64,000 bases of DNA, from the NCBI GenBank assembly GCA_027492035.1, contig JAOZFT010000020.1:64001-128000 (forward strand), written 5' to 3'. This DNA is from Thermoproteota archaeon (GTDB lineage: Archaea; Korarchaeota; JAOZGF01; JAOZFZ01). The translations under genes were made by a program, and so were the position numbers. Below the pieces are notes generated by a model. The model searched no databases. It saw nothing but the letters and a program-made list of their open reading frames with translations, and was not told the DNA's origin. Positions 50,342 to 61,043 of this stretch are shown here, piece by piece. Numbering within the stretch: position 1 is the stretch's first letter; each line of letters starts with the position of its first letter.

Positions 50342-50774
50342 TTAAATAATTACACCCCTTTACACTTAAAAAAATGCTGTTAAATAAGGGATATAAAACT
50401 GCCACCTGGTTTCTAATTAAAAGGGGGTTCTTTGCATTTCATGTTTTTTTCGGATGGATTTGATTTGTCTTTATTTTGATTGCAACTGCTTAATTAATTT
50501 TTATTTTCCACTACCTTCCATTCGAGTTTAAACTATTTCAACAGAAATGGTTGCTGGTTCTATGTTCCTTAAATTGGTATTTTTGCATTACTTTTCTTTT
50601 TGTAGCTTTTTAAAGGTAACTAGATGCTTTTGCTACTTACGTAGTTCATTTTTTTGAAGGAACATCTTTTTCTTGAATTTTTAAGTTAAAGCAAAAAATT
50701 TTAAAAAAGGTTACTTCTTATTTTAACGGGGAATGTTTGAATTGTGGATTTATTGTTTTAGGCCGTGAAAGGAG

Positions 50775-51026
50775 TTGTTGGCTCTTATAATGATGAAGGT
50801 TTTGCCTGGGAAGGAGTTCTGGGTTATCAGTAGAGCATCGAAGCAGATAAAGGAGCAATTGGTGGAAATAGATGGAAAACCTTTCATTTACCTTTTCGCT
50901 GGCCCCTACGACGTTATAGCTTGCGTTAAAGCTGAAGACACTGCTCAACTTAAAAAAATAATTGATGAGGTACGTAAGATAAAGGGAGTAGTTGAAACCA
51001 CGACACATGTTGCCATGGAAAGTTAA
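50775..51026 (+). CDS. Stand-alone Lrp/AsnC ligand-binding (RAM) domain protein
   Basis: GPYDVIA, IRKI.GV.ETTT pattern; no HTH. Confidence 0.8.
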   Translation: MLALIMMKVLPGKEFWVISRASKQIKEQLVEIDGKPFIYLFAGPYDVIACVKAEDTAQLKKIIDEVRKIKGVVETTTHVAMES

Positions 51027-51471
51027 AAACGGAGGGTGAATGTTTCTTCCTTAACTCTTTCCTTTTTTATTTTTTAATTTTTCTCTTTCATTTTGAAGAT
51101 TTTTGGTTACGATGTATTCCCACTGGGTTCATCTTTGGAGTTACTTTCTAAAGTGACCTTTTTTTCCTTAAGGTTTGTGTTACGTGAACTTTCAAGTATC
51201 TTTTTGCCGGTGTATTTTTTGGTTTCACTGTTTCTGTACTGAATAATTTAGGGATCAGGCAGGTTTCATCCTTCTTAGTTGTAGAACCATCTTACATGCC
51301 CCAGTTTATAATGCCAGTTTTTTAAAAAAAGGCTACATGTCATTAGAAATATAGTTGGAAGGATGAAAATCTAAAAAATTTATATATGAAAACAAAAAAG
51401 AGACACCTGAATCGAAGCAGCAACTAAGGATTAACTTTGGGAGGATTTTTTTCTTTTTAGGTGTAAGTGAA

Positions 51472-52035
51472 GTGGGTAAAAAGAAGCTGCCCCAGCACAG
51501 GAAAAGTCGAGGTAAAACTGGAATTGGAGAAGAGTCGGGGAAAAATAGGGAAACCAAGTTATTAGTTGCAGTTTTAATGGTTTTGGCAGTTTCTTTTTTT
51601 GTTGTCTTCATTGTTTCAATCCGTTATCCAGAGAATAAACCTTCTTTCTCTCTTTATTCCTTGAAAGATGCTGAGTTTAGTGAGTTCAGGGGTAAGGTAG
51701 TGCTAGTTGATTGTTTTGCAACTTGGTGTGACCCTTGCAAAATAGAAGTTGGCCAACTTGTTAAAATAAGGTCACGATACAGCAAGTCTAAAGTGGTTCT
51801 TGTTTCTGTTGCAAGCAAGAGCGACGATGTGGATGAAATCGAGGCTTTTATGGAGGAGTTTGGTGTAACTTGGAAGGTGGCTAGAGATAATGTAGGTGTG
51901 TTTGACAAATATGATATCATTTATATCCCTACGATCTTGATTTTTGACAGGGAGGGTGTCTTGGTTTATAAGCACGTGGGGTTAACACCTGCCTCAGTTT
52001 TGTCTTCAGAAATAGATTCTTTGCTGGATAGTTGA
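51472..52035 (+). CDS. Membrane-anchored TlpA/ResA-like thiol-disulfide oxidoreductase
   Basis: Single TM, GKVVLVD.FATWCDPC, cis-Pro IPT...D..G. Confidence 0.88.
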   Translation: MGKKKLPQHRKSRGKTGIGEESGKNRETKLLVAVLMVLAVSFFVVFIVSIRYPENKPSFSLYSLKDAEFSEFRGKVVLVDCFATWCDPCKIEVGQLVKIRSRYSKSKVVLVSVASKSDDVDEIEAFMEEFGVTWKVARDNVGVFDKYDIIYIPTILIFDREGVLVYKHVGLTPASVLSSEIDSLLDS

Positions 52036-52066
52036 ATTAGTAAAGGGACTGATTGTTTTGAGCCGC

Positions 52067-52195
52067 ATGTTTAAGTACAGGGTTATTTTATTGGTTTTGT
52101 TTGTTTTAATAACCCTATTAAGTTCAAGAGAGTACTTTAGAATCCTAAATGGTTTCGTTAAACTGATTTGTCCCTCCTGTATGGGGTTGGGTTAG
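52067..52195 (+). CDS. 42-aa membrane microprotein with C-terminal CxxC motif (CD1871A-like); not in the ORF track
   Basis: Hand translation MFKYRVILLVLFVLITLLSSREYFRILNGFVKLICPSCMGLG*; TM helix plus ICxxCxGLG end; fills the gap between tlpA and the 4Fe-4S membrane gene. Confidence 0.78.
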   Translation: MFKYRVILLVLFVLITLLSSREYFRILNGFVKLICPSCMGLG

Positions 52196-52208
52196 GAGGG
52201 GTTTCATT

Positions 52209-52994
52209 GTGAAACTTGGTGTGAAAAGGAAGGTACTGCAAATTACAGCTTTAATTGTTTCGAATTTGGGTTTTTTCCGTATTTTAAAGACAGGACTTGT
52301 TTGTCCCTTTCTTTATTGCCATGGGTGTCCATTTGCTGTTTTTGGGTGTCCAGTAGGAGTTTTGCAACGTTTCATTGCAGAGGCTCATGTGCCTTTCTTC
52401 ACTATAGGTTCATTGGGAGTTTATGGCTTGGTTTTTGGGAGGTTTTTTTGTGGGTGGGCTTGTCCTTTTGGTGCTTTACAGGATTTGCTTAAAGCCTTAA
52501 GGGGAAGGAAAACTTTAGAAACAAGGAGGGTGTGGTACACTAAGTTTATATTTCTTTTTATTGTTCTTGGGTTGGCGTGGTTTTTTTTAGATACTATTTT
52601 TTGCAAGTTTTGTCCTTCAGGTTCCCTTTTTGCTACATTACCAGCTCTTGTACCTCTTCGATTTTTCAATAGAGGTTTTTCACCTTCAGGAATATTTCTT
52701 TATATACATGTGTTGACTCTTGTACTGACGTTGATTTCAGCCTTATTTATTAGCCATTTCTGGTGCCGTTACCTTTGTCCTTTAGGTGCAGTAGTTGGCG
52801 GATTTAACAGAGTAAGTTTTTTGACTATAGGTTTGAGGAGTGAAAAATGTCATAAATGCAATGTTTGCCTCCAAGTCTGTGAAATGGGGATAAAGAGACT
52901 AAGTGATGTGGGGAATTCAACAGATTGTACCCTTTGTGGTAGATGCGTTGAAGCTTGCCCTGAAAAGGCGCTATATTTTATGATAAGAAAGTAA
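52209..52994 (+). CDS. Polyferredoxin membrane protein (NapH/MauN-like 4Fe-4S binding)
   Basis: CPFLYCHGCP..CPVG, GRFFCGWACPFG, FCKFCPSG, WCRYLCPLG, CHKCNVC, CTLCGRCVEACP; several TM helices. Confidence 0.88.
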   Translation: MKLGVKRKVLQITALIVSNLGFFRILKTGLVCPFLYCHGCPFAVFGCPVGVLQRFIAEAHVPFFTIGSLGVYGLVFGRFFCGWACPFGALQDLLKALRGRKTLETRRVWYTKFIFLFIVLGLAWFFLDTIFCKFCPSGSLFATLPALVPLRFFNRGFSPSGIFLYIHVLTLVLTLISALFISHFWCRYLCPLGAVVGGFNRVSFLTIGLRSEKCHKCNVCLQVCEMGIKRLSDVGNSTDCTLCGRCVEACPEKALYFMIRK

Positions 52995-53012
52995 GTTTGT
53001 GGGTGTTTAAAC

Positions 53013-54263
53013 GTGAAACATCCGTCGAAACGAATAATTGGAAGTAAAGGGTCTGAGTTAAGTGGTAAAAAAATAATTTGCTGCATTACTGGCAGCGTTG
53101 CAGCTTTTAAATGTCCTGAAATAGTTAGGGAGTTGATGAGGCACGGAGCTGAAGTTTATGTTTTTATGACGGAAGCTTCGACAAAAATAATTCATCCATA
53201 CTTGATGGAGTGGGCTACAGGGAACCCTGTAGTCACAGAACTCACTGGCAGGATAGAACATGTTTCTTTCTTCAATGAAAAGCTAGGAAGTGTTGACTTA
53301 ATTCTTGTTGCACCTGCTACAGCGAATACAATAAGTAAAGTAGCCTGTGGGATAAGTGACACTCCCGTGACAGCTTTAATATCAGCTGCATTGGGTGCAA
53401 ACGTTCCCGTTGTGATGGTGCCAGCTATGCATACTTTACTGTACAGAAACAAAATCTTTCAAAGGAACATGGAGAAAGTTAGAGGGATGGGTGTGGAATT
53501 CATAAACCCTAGAATGGAGGAAGAAAAGGCTAAGATTGCTGAAACAGAAATTATTGTTGAGAAAGTTATTGGGAAGTTGTCGAAGAAAGATATGGAAAAC
53601 TTGAATCTATTAATAACTGCCGGGCCGACTAGGGAAAAACTAGACTCTGTTAGATTTTTAACTAACCCCAGTTCTGGAAAAATGGGTTTAGCTTTAGCTG
53701 AAGAAGCTATAAACAGAGGAGCCTCTGTAACTCTTGTCTACGGCCCCGGGACGCAAAAACCTCCACCAAACGTGAAAGTTGTGGAAGTAGTTACTACTGA
53801 AGAAATGCTTAACGCTGTAGTTTCAGAGTTAAACTCGAAAAGGTATCACTTAGTTATATTGGCGGCAGCCCCCTTGGACTTCAAGTTTGAAAAGGAGTTC
53901 AGCGGCAAAATCTCCTCTGAAACAGGTTTTCTGGAAGTTAAGCTTGTGCCTTCACCTAAAATTTGGAAGGAAATAAGGAAATATGGTAAAGACTGTTTCT
54001 TTATAGGGTTTAAAGCTGAATATAACGTTTCAAGGGAGAAGTTGATTGAGAAAGCATACAAACGATTGAAAGAGGCAGGAATGAATTTAATAATTGCCAA
54101 TGATGTAGGAAGGAAAGGTATTGGTTTCTCTTCAAACTACAACGAAGTTTTCTTGATAGATGAGGAAGGGAGGGTTAAACATGTGCCTTTTAAACCTAAG
54201 AGGGAAGTAGCGAAGGAAATCCTTGATTTAGCTGTTGAAAAATTAAAACTTAAAAGGGGTTAA
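53013..54263 (+). CDS. coaBC: Phosphopantothenoylcysteine decarboxylase / ligase
   Basis: ITGSVAA.K, APATANT, PAMH, ITAGPT.E.LD.VRF.TN.SSG.MG, GFKAE, IANDV. Confidence 0.95.
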   Translation: MKHPSKRIIGSKGSELSGKKIICCITGSVAAFKCPEIVRELMRHGAEVYVFMTEASTKIIHPYLMEWATGNPVVTELTGRIEHVSFFNEKLGSVDLILVAPATANTISKVACGISDTPVTALISAALGANVPVVMVPAMHTLLYRNKIFQRNMEKVRGMGVEFINPRMEEEKAKIAETEIIVEKVIGKLSKKDMENLNLLITAGPTREKLDSVRFLTNPSSGKMGLALAEEAINRGASVTLVYGPGTQKPPPNVKVVEVVTTEEMLNAVVSELNSKRYHLVILAAAPLDFKFEKEFSGKISSETGFLEVKLVPSPKIWKEIRKYGKDCFFIGFKAEYNVSREKLIEKAYKRLKEAGMNLIIANDVGRKGIGFSSNYNEVFLIDEEGRVKHVPFKPKREVAKEILDLAVEKLKLKRG

Positions 54264-54300
54264 GTAAAAAAGTTAGAGAAGGAACAGTATGGGTAACAAT

Positions 54301-55110
54301 TCAGCTGGGAAATTTTAACAGTGCAGAATAAGTTTTAACGTTTCTCTCAGCCAACCTTTCTTCCCTATACCTTCTCATTTTCTCAACATCTAAACTTTTA
54401 ACGGTAACCCCTGGATGAACAGGCTTCATCACCACGGTAACCGGGTACACTATTTCTTTTTCTTCCTCCACTTCAAGGTTGACAATTAAGCTTTTGCCGT
54501 TGTAGTTAGGTGGAAAAACGGAATTAACACCCACGAAAGGTATCCTGTTTTCCAAAGCTCTGGTTTTTAAGTATAAATGCCAAGGAGGTACTCCTTCCCT
54601 TTTTATCCTGGAGGGGTTGAAAATTAAATCAGCCCCCTTTAAAGCAAGGATTCTTGCAGTTTCAGGGAAAACTAAATCATAACAAATCAAAATCCCTACT
54701 CTAAGGTTTCTAATTTTGAAAGTGTCCAGTTTTAGACCTGGAGTGAACAGTTTCTTTTCCTCTTTAAATAAATGGGTTTTAACTTGTTTAAAAATAACTG
54801 AACCATTGCTCCCCAAGACCGGACATGAAACAATTTTTCTCCCCATTACCTCCTCTACACATCCCCCTAATAAAATAGAAGTACTGTACTCTTCCGCTAA
54901 TAACCTGAATCTATCGATCAGTTGAGGCATTAGTTTAGCCAATTTGTCAACTGCTTTGTAAGGGTTTCTGCTTAACCATTGCTCTGGTAAACAAATAATT
55001 TCAGCGTTTAACTTAGCAGCTTTCTCCGTAAGCTTTAAACAATCTTCAATATTCTTGCGGATTTCCTGTGCAATAAATGTCTGGACGACTCCAACCTTAA
55101 CATTATACAT
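54301..55110 (-). CDS. Carbon-nitrogen hydrolase (nitrilase superfamily)
   Basis: CLPE, K.HLF..E, ICYDLVFPE catalytic triad, RALEN. Confidence 0.9.
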   Translation of the reverse strand: MYNVKVGVVQTFIAQEIRKNIEDCLKLTEKAAKLNAEIICLPEQWLSRNPYKAVDKLAKLMPQLIDRFRLLAEEYSTSILLGGCVEEVMGRKIVSCPVLGSNGSVIFKQVKTHLFKEEKKLFTPGLKLDTFKIRNLRVGILICYDLVFPETARILALKGADLIFNPSRIKREGVPPWHLYLKTRALENRIPFVGVNSVFPPNYNGKSLIVNLEVEEEKEIVYPVTVVMKPVHPGVTVKSLDVEKMRRYREERLAERNVKTYSALLKFPS

Positions 55111-55590
55111 TTCTTAAACCCCCAAAATTTTGGTTATCTTAAAAGGATTAGTTAAGGATTCTTAATTCATTCCTGTTTTATTTATCTCTAATAGCCATTC
55201 ATAGGAGCTTAAAAGTTATTTTCTCCCCTTTAATTTCCCTTTCTTCCTCCAGGTTCCATTATAGACCGTTACCGAAAACATGTTTTTGAAATTTACTAAT
55301 AACCCTATTTTCCTTCTATTAACTCAGGTATTGTTACAAGGCTTCTATTCAGCTGAATCTTTTTCCAAATCTCTTTCTTCTCCATAAAAAAGATGAATTT
55401 TTTACCTGAATAATTTTAAGTGGGTATTGTTTTTCTGGAACAATTTTGCAATTTCCTTCCAAGGAAGGCCTGAGTTAGAAGAATTAGGAGAGTTGAGATA
55501 GGAAACTTTACAAACACTTAGTGTAGGGGGGTTAAGTTGAGGAGGAACAATTAAAGTAATTGAGAAAAAGGTTTGGGGGGTGTTTTGAAG

Positions 55591-56937
55591 TTATTGAACT
55601 ATTTTTGGAATTTTTATTTCTTCAGGCTCCCAATCCTTTAGTTGCCCTGCTAAAAATGCTTCATAAGCTGAGAGGTCAAGCAGTCCATGTCCACAGTTGT
55701 TAAAAACAATTACTTTCTCCTTACCTGTTTTTTTACATCTTAAGGCTTCATCTATTACGTATTTAACGACGTGAGCTGTTTCGGGTGCAGTTATCATTCC
55801 TTCAGTTCTAGCTAGTATTTGGGCAGCTTCAAAAACTTCGGTTTGGTGGTAGGCTACAGATTTCATGTATCCCTCCTTAATCAGTAGACAGAGTGAAGGC
55901 GCTTTCCCGTGGTATCTCAACCCTCCAGCGTGAATTGGGGGAGGGGCGTATCTGTGCCCTAAAGTATACATTTTCAGTAAAGGTGTTTTTTCAGCTGTGT
56001 CCCCGTAATCGTATGTGTAAACTCCTCTAGTTGTCGAAGGAACTGCCTTAGGTTCAACAGCTACGAATTCAGTTTCTGTTTTACCTTTTAATCTATCCAT
56101 CATGAAAGGATAACTGAATCCTGCGTAATTGGATCCTCCTCCTATACATCCAGCGACGATGTCGGGGTATAGATCCATTTTTTCAAATTGTTTTATTGTT
56201 TCAAGGCCTACAATTGTTTGGTGAAGTAAGACATGGTTTAAAACAGAGCCTAGGCAGTAACGTGTGTCTTCATGTGTTAACGTATCCTCTAAAGCTTCAC
56301 TTATAGCTATTCCGAGTGAACCATGGCTCTCAGAATTCTTCTTCAAAATTTTCCTCCCAAACTCTGTCCTTTCACTAGGGGAGGGAAAAACCTCGGCTCC
56401 CCAAACTTGCATCATTGTTTTCCTGTAGGGTTTCTGAAGATAACTTATTTTCACCATGTAGATAGTGCATTTAAGGTCAAAGAATGCACTAGCCATGGCT
56501 AAGGCAGAGCCCCACTGCCCCGCTCCTGTTTCAGTTGTCACTCTCTCAATCCCCTGTTTCATGTTGTAGTATGCTTGAGGAATGGCAGTGTTAGGTTTAT
56601 GGCTGCCTGGTGGATTAACATATTCACACTTGTAGAAAATTTTCGCTGGCGTCTTAAGGAATTTTTCAAGCCTCCTAGCTCTCTTTAAAGGAGTTGGTCT
56701 CGGCATTAATTTATATGCTTCCAACACCTCCTCTGGAATTTTTATGAATCTTTGACTAGAAACTTCCTGTCTAATGAGTTCTTTGGCAAATATCCTTTCA
56801 AGTTTAGCTGGGTTAATTGGTTTCAGGTCTACAGGGTCTAAAGGAGGAGGTAAGGGTTCAGGTAAATCCGGTAAAATATTATACCAGGAAGTTGGCATTT
56901 CATCTTGCTCCAAAAAAACAGCATCTGGTATGGCCAT
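55591..56937 (-). CDS. trpB2: TrpB2-type PLP enzyme (tryptophan synthase beta-2)
   Basis: [63 protein letters not shown]. Confidence 0.95.
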   Translation of the reverse strand: MAIPDAVFLEQDEMPTSWYNILPDLPEPLPPPLDPVDLKPINPAKLERIFAKELIRQEVSSQRFIKIPEEVLEAYKLMPRPTPLKRARRLEKFLKTPAKIFYKCEYVNPPGSHKPNTAIPQAYYNMKQGIERVTTETGAGQWGSALAMASAFFDLKCTIYMVKISYLQKPYRKTMMQVWGAEVFPSPSERTEFGRKILKKNSESHGSLGIAISEALEDTLTHEDTRYCLGSVLNHVLLHQTIVGLETIKQFEKMDLYPDIVAGCIGGGSNYAGFSYPFMMDRLKGKTETEFVAVEPKAVPSTTRGVYTYDYGDTAEKTPLLKMYTLGHRYAPPPIHAGGLRYHGKAPSLCLLIKEGYMKSVAYHQTEVFEAAQILARTEGMITAPETAHVVKYVIDEALRCKKTGKEKVIVFNNCGHGLLDLSAYEAFLAGQLKDWEPEEIKIPKIVQ

Positions 56938-57051
56938 CTCTACACAACACCTCCAAATTTTTTAAGAAACAGGTCTCGGGATAACGGAAATTTAAAGTAA
57001 AGAAACGAAGAATTAATGTTCTGTGTTTTTAGCCGGATTGAAGCCTTGATT

Positions 57052-57093
57052 TTACTGTTTAGTTTTGTAAGTTGGCCAAACGTTATCCCTCAT
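57052..57093 (-). CDS. Putative trpB2 leader peptide MRDNVWPTYKTKQ
   Basis: 13-aa ORF with AGGAG ~10 nt upstream and one Trp codon, ending 115 nt before the trpB2 start. Confidence 0.4.
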   Translation of the reverse strand: MRDNVWPTYKTKQ

Positions 57094-57131
57094 TTCTTTC
57101 CAGCTCCTAAATCCTTTTTCGAAGCAGGTAG

Positions 57132-57158
57132 CTATAATGCTCAATCAAGGCATTATAG
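57132..57158. promoter_or_regulatory. Inverted repeat CTATAATGC-N9-GCATTATAG upstream of trpB2
   Basis: Perfect 9-bp arms, adjacent to minus-strand TTTAAATA (57169-57162); could be an operator or an RNA hairpin. Confidence 0.55.
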
Positions 57159-57585
57159 TCATATTTAAATCTTATATGTTAATTTTTGTACTAAAAAGTC
57201 AAATATATAAAAAAAGAAAAATACAATAGGAGGAAAAATAAAAAAATGAAAGTAACGGAAAAATTTTTTAAAAGAAATGAAAAGAGAACAAAGTTTTTCC
57301 CCATACTAAGTAAATTTTTAGTAAACTTAATTTAACAACATTCATCCTTTACTTTAAACTATTCCTCCACTCCTTTTCAATTTCCCCTTCTGATTATTAT
57401 AATTAAGATGTTCTTAGTTAAAATAACCATTTCTCTTATTCTATACTAAAATGTACTTCTGTCTACTCTACAAGCTGTTATTTTGGCAAATAGCCAGAAA
57501 GTCTAATTAAAACTTCGATAATTCCTTTATAATAAATCGACATGACCGCTAATTTTGTTTAGAGTATTCTCTCCATCCTATTGCC

Positions 57586-58100
57586 CTATTCTTTTTTTGA
57601 GGTTTTAAGATGTAGTTTAGCGGCTTCGCTCAATCTACCTCTACCATATTTCTTCGCAAATTCCATTGCAACTTTTTCTACCTTTCCTGATGACCCTTTA
57701 GGAATGTGAAGTTTGTATTTCCTATTCAAGGTTTCTAGCTCTCTTAAAAACACATGCTTAGCAACAATGGAGGCGCTGCAACTGCATAAGTCTTGATTTG
57801 ATCAAGTTCTCATCGCCAAATTAATTTGAGGTAACATAACTGCATTTTACTTCTGAAAGCATGTTCTCTAAAAGTTCCTTGCGTGTCTCTATGCTAGAAG
57901 TTGGTTTAAAGTTTTAATTTGTCCATAAAATTTATTATATTTTTGAGATTTATCTTTAACTATTTTTTACTACCCCTTACCCCTAGCAAAGATAAAAAAC
58001 GTAGTGTACTTTTATTTACATACACAAGCGGCTATGACCAGTGGACAAAATAGCCTCCCTTTCCTGCTTCATCAAGTCTTGTTAGACCTCTCAAAAACAA
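57586..58100 (-). pseudogene. rnhC: Decayed ribonuclease HIII
   Basis: Across frameshifts: LDEAGKGGYF/PLVIAA, LGVRGSKK, KYNKFY..LNQLLA*RHAR, VAA/ASIVAK, IPKGSS.KV..VA..FAKKYG..L..AAKLHLKT, the RNase HIII motif order. Confidence 0.75.
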
Positions 58101-58661
58101 ATTTTGAAAAGAAGTTTGCTTTTAAAGGTGGGAGCAGCCTTAAAGACTCCTCCTTGTTGTCCACCTTAACCCACCCCACTGTCTTTTTAATTTCCCCCTA
58201 AATCTTTTTTAGTTCTACCTCCAATATAAATGCTAGCAATGCTCTAAATAATGAGGAAGAAGAATTGTGCAGTTTATACCAAGTTGGAGATGGTGGAATG
58301 ATTACTCCCCTTAGACTTCAACACCTTTTGAGTATATTCTCCATTCCGTTTTCAAGCATTTTATAAATAACCTTTGGGTTTCAGTGCAGCACCAGCAATG
58401 AACGGCATTTCCTGAGATCTATGGCTTCATTCAAATAATTCCAACAAAAACCTTTAAAAGCCTTTACTGTTACAGGTGTCTTTTCTAACCTTCTTTGCTT
58501 ATTTTTGTTCCAGTCTTTAAATATTGAAAAATTTATGTTTTAATTTCCTAATTATTTTATTCGTTCAAGTTGCTTCATCAATTATTCACAACACATTTTT
58601 TTAAATAAAAGTTTTTCTCAGCGTTTAATATAACGTAGTGGAACAGAGGGAGTCAGGGGCA

Positions 58662-59876
58662 ATGCCGAAAGGAAGCAAGTTTTTAACTTTGTTTAGTTTA
58701 GAGTTTCTTGTTCTGTGGCTAGTTGTTTTTGCAGCTTTTTTCGCTGGTTCTTTGTGCAGCCCAACTGTTCCTTACTTGTTAAAGGAGTTTCTTACACAAG
58801 AAGCTGCTGTTGTAGCCATGATTGGGTATTTATCTTCCCTCCTCACCCTTGCAAGAACAGTAAATAATGTTCTAGGTGCTGTTTTAGCGGACAAAATTGA
58901 AAGGGGAGCTATTATCCTTATTTCTCTTGGCTTACTGCCCCTCTCCTTTTTATTGCTTTGGTTTGCAACCGACACCTGGTGGGTTTTGGCTTCATATCTT
59001 TTTTTTGGTTTCGTCTTCGGTCTTTCTATGCCTTCCTTTAATGCTATAGTCGCTGACTTAGCTAAGAAAAGTAACAGAGCCACTGTTTTCGCCGTGTTTA
59101 ACCTTTCATGGATTATTGCTCAAATATTAGCCCCTGTAATTGGAGGTTTACTTTCAGATAACTTCTTTTTGCGTCTACCTTTCATTGCGGCCTTCTTTGT
59201 TTCAGTAATGACTTTTTTAACTTACACAGTTTACTTCAAGAAAATGCACAGAAACTTTCCTAACCTCTGGCTTAAGCCCTACAAAAACAAAGAATCAATT
59301 AATGAAGTGGGTTACAGTAACTATTTCAGAAAAAACTTGTATTTGCTGTGCAGTGCACAATTTTTTTCAGGTTTCAGCAACGGAGTCTTCTTGTTAGCTG
59401 TAACAGCTTTCCTAATGTACTCCCTAAAAGCTTCCCCCACCGGAATGGGTGTTTCTTTTTCATTAGGTTGGGGTGTAGCGACTGCTCTGGCACAAATCCC
59501 AGGAGGGAAGGTCAGTGACAAATTTGGCTTTAAAACAACTATCATATCTTTTATTTCAGCAGCGACACCTTTCTTCCTTTTACTCCCCTTATCCACCACC
59601 CTCCTCCAATTTACACTTGTGTTCACTCTTTTATGCTTCATCGGAAACCTTTCCACACCTGCTTTATCTGCATGGATTGCAAACTTGTTTTCAGCTAGAG
59701 AAAGGGGTAGAGGGTACGGTTTAACTTCTGCAGCTTGGGGAGTAGGGGCAGTGATTGGCCCCGCAACAGGAAGCATTGTTTGGACATTGTCGAAACCCAA
59801 TTACTTAATTCCGTTCATAGCTGCTGCAGCTTTGCTTCTCTCTCAATTGCCATTAATTGCTTCAATAAGGGATTAA
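58662..59876 (+). CDS. MFS transporter
   Basis: About 12 TM helices; motif A-like GAVLADKIER and GGKVSDKFG; ATG 58662 preferred over 58638. Confidence 0.9.
   Translation: MPKGSKFLTLFSLEFLVLWLVVFAAFFAGSLCSPTVPYLLKEFLTQEAAVVAMIGYLSSLLTLARTVNNVLGAVLADKIERGAIILISLGLLPLSFLLLWFATDTWWVLASYLFFGFVFGLSMPSFNAIVADLAKKSNRATVFAVFNLSWIIAQILAPVIGGLLSDNFFLRLPFIAAFFVSVMTFLTYTVYFKKMHRNFPNLWLKPYKNKESINEVGYSNYFRKNLYLLCSAQFFSGFSNGVFLLAVTAFLMYSLKASPTGMGVSFSLGWGVATALAQIPGGKVSDKFGFKTTIISFISAATPFFLLLPLSTTLLQFTLVFTLLCFIGNLSTPALSAWIANLFSARERGRGYGLTSAAWGVGAVIGPATGSIVWTLSKPNYLIPFIAAAALLLSQLPLIASIRD
58731..58783 (+). repeat. Direct repeat copy 1 (inside the MFS 5' region)
   Basis: GCAGCTTTTTTCGCTGGTTCTTTGTGCAGCCCAACTGTTCCTTACTTGTTAAA; 49/53 identical to 63831-63883. 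Confidence 0.85.
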
Positions 59877-59907
59877 TTTGAGAAGTTTTCAGTTCTTTTA
59901 CAGCCCC

Positions 59908-60330
59908 CTATTTTATTTTCTCTAGAATTATGGCTGGACATATTCTTATAACTCCTTCAATACCTTCTAGTTTTTTCACAAACTTTGAGAGTTCTTCAGA
60001 GTTTCTGAACCAGCATTCAGCCATGATCATATGGTCTCCACTTGAAGAGTATAGACTCACCACTTCCTCCATTTCCTTTAGTTCCTCGAGAACGGAGAGG
60101 TAATTCTCAGGTTTTGTATCTAAACCTATTAAAGAAACAATTTCGAAACCTATTTTTTTAGGATTTATTTCTATTGTATACCTCCTTATTACTCCTTCTT
60201 TCTCTAATTTCTTTATCCTTTTCCTCACTGCTGTTTCAGTAACTCCTAGTTTCTCTGCAATTTTAACCAATGAAGTTCTCGAGTTTTCGCGAAGTATTTT
60301 GAGCAGTTGAAAGTTTGAAAATCGAACCAT
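59908..60330 (-). CDS. LrpA/Ptr2-type Lrp/AsnC regulator
   Basis: IAEKLGVTETAVRKR, GLDTKPE, LYSSSGDHMIMA, ICPAIILEK closely resemble archaeal LrpA/Ptr2. Confidence 0.9.
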   Translation of the reverse strand: MVRFSNFQLLKILRENSRTSLVKIAEKLGVTETAVRKRIKKLEKEGVIRRYTIEINPKKIGFEIVSLIGLDTKPENYLSVLEELKEMEEVVSLYSSSGDHMIMAECWFRNSEELSKFVKKLEGIEGVIRICPAIILEKIK

Positions 60331-60395
60331 AAATTTATAAATAACAAAACTTTATTTAAATTTAACGAACTTTTTAATACGAGAGGGAGGAAAAA

Positions 60396-61043
60396 ATGGA
60401 AGCAACAAATAAGTTTCCTTTAATCGGTGATAAGGCTCCAAGTTTTGAAGCACAAACTACACGTGGAAAAATAAAGTTCCCAGATGACTACAAAGGAAAA
60501 TGGGTTGTACTTTTTTCTCATCCAGCAGACTTCACTCCTGTTTGCACAACAGAGTTTGTAGCGTTCCAGAAAAGATTTGAGGAATTCAAGAAATTAAACT
60601 GTGAATTAGTAGGGTTGAGTATAGACCAAGTTTTCAGCCACATAAAATGGGTTGAATGGATCAAGGAAAACCTAAAAATTGAAATAAAGTTTCCGGTAAT
60701 AGCGGATGACACGGGTAGAATTGCTCATTTATATGGAATGATTCACCCAGGTAAAGGAACCAACACTGTAAGAACAGTTTTTATTATTGATCCTGAAAAC
60801 ACGGTTAGGGCGATACTTTACTATCCGCAAGAATTAGGGAGAAACATGGATGAGATATTGAGAATGATTAAAGCTTTACAGATTTCAGATTCAAACAATG
60901 TGGCGATGCCTGCTAACTGGCCAAACAATGAACTAATAAAGGATGAAGTAATAATACCTCCTGCAAGCACCGAGGAAGAGGCAAAAGAAAGAATTAAAAA
61001 ATACAGTTGCTACGATTGGTGGCTTTGTCACAAAAAACTATAA
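60396..61043 (+). CDS. Peroxiredoxin (archaeal Prx6/Tdx type)
   Basis: [38 protein letters not shown]. Confidence 0.95.
   Translation: MEATNKFPLIGDKAPSFEAQTTRGKIKFPDDYKGKWVVLFSHPADFTPVCTTEFVAFQKRFEEFKKLNCELVGLSIDQVFSHIKWVEWIKENLKIEIKFPVIADDTGRIAHLYGMIHPGKGTNTVRTVFIIDPENTVRAILYYPQELGRNMDEILRMIKALQISDSNNVAMPANWPNNELIKDEVIIPPASTEEEAKERIKKYSCYDWWLCHKKL

Noticed and set aside
55140-55520. Coding-like fragments between the nitrilase gene and trpB2
   Set aside because: Multiple stops and no recognisable motif.
58380-58430. Possible HEPN-like RNAVH motif in the decayed region upstream of the rnhC remnant
   Set aside because: Needs an assumed frameshift and has the wrong R-x4-H spacing; not supportable.
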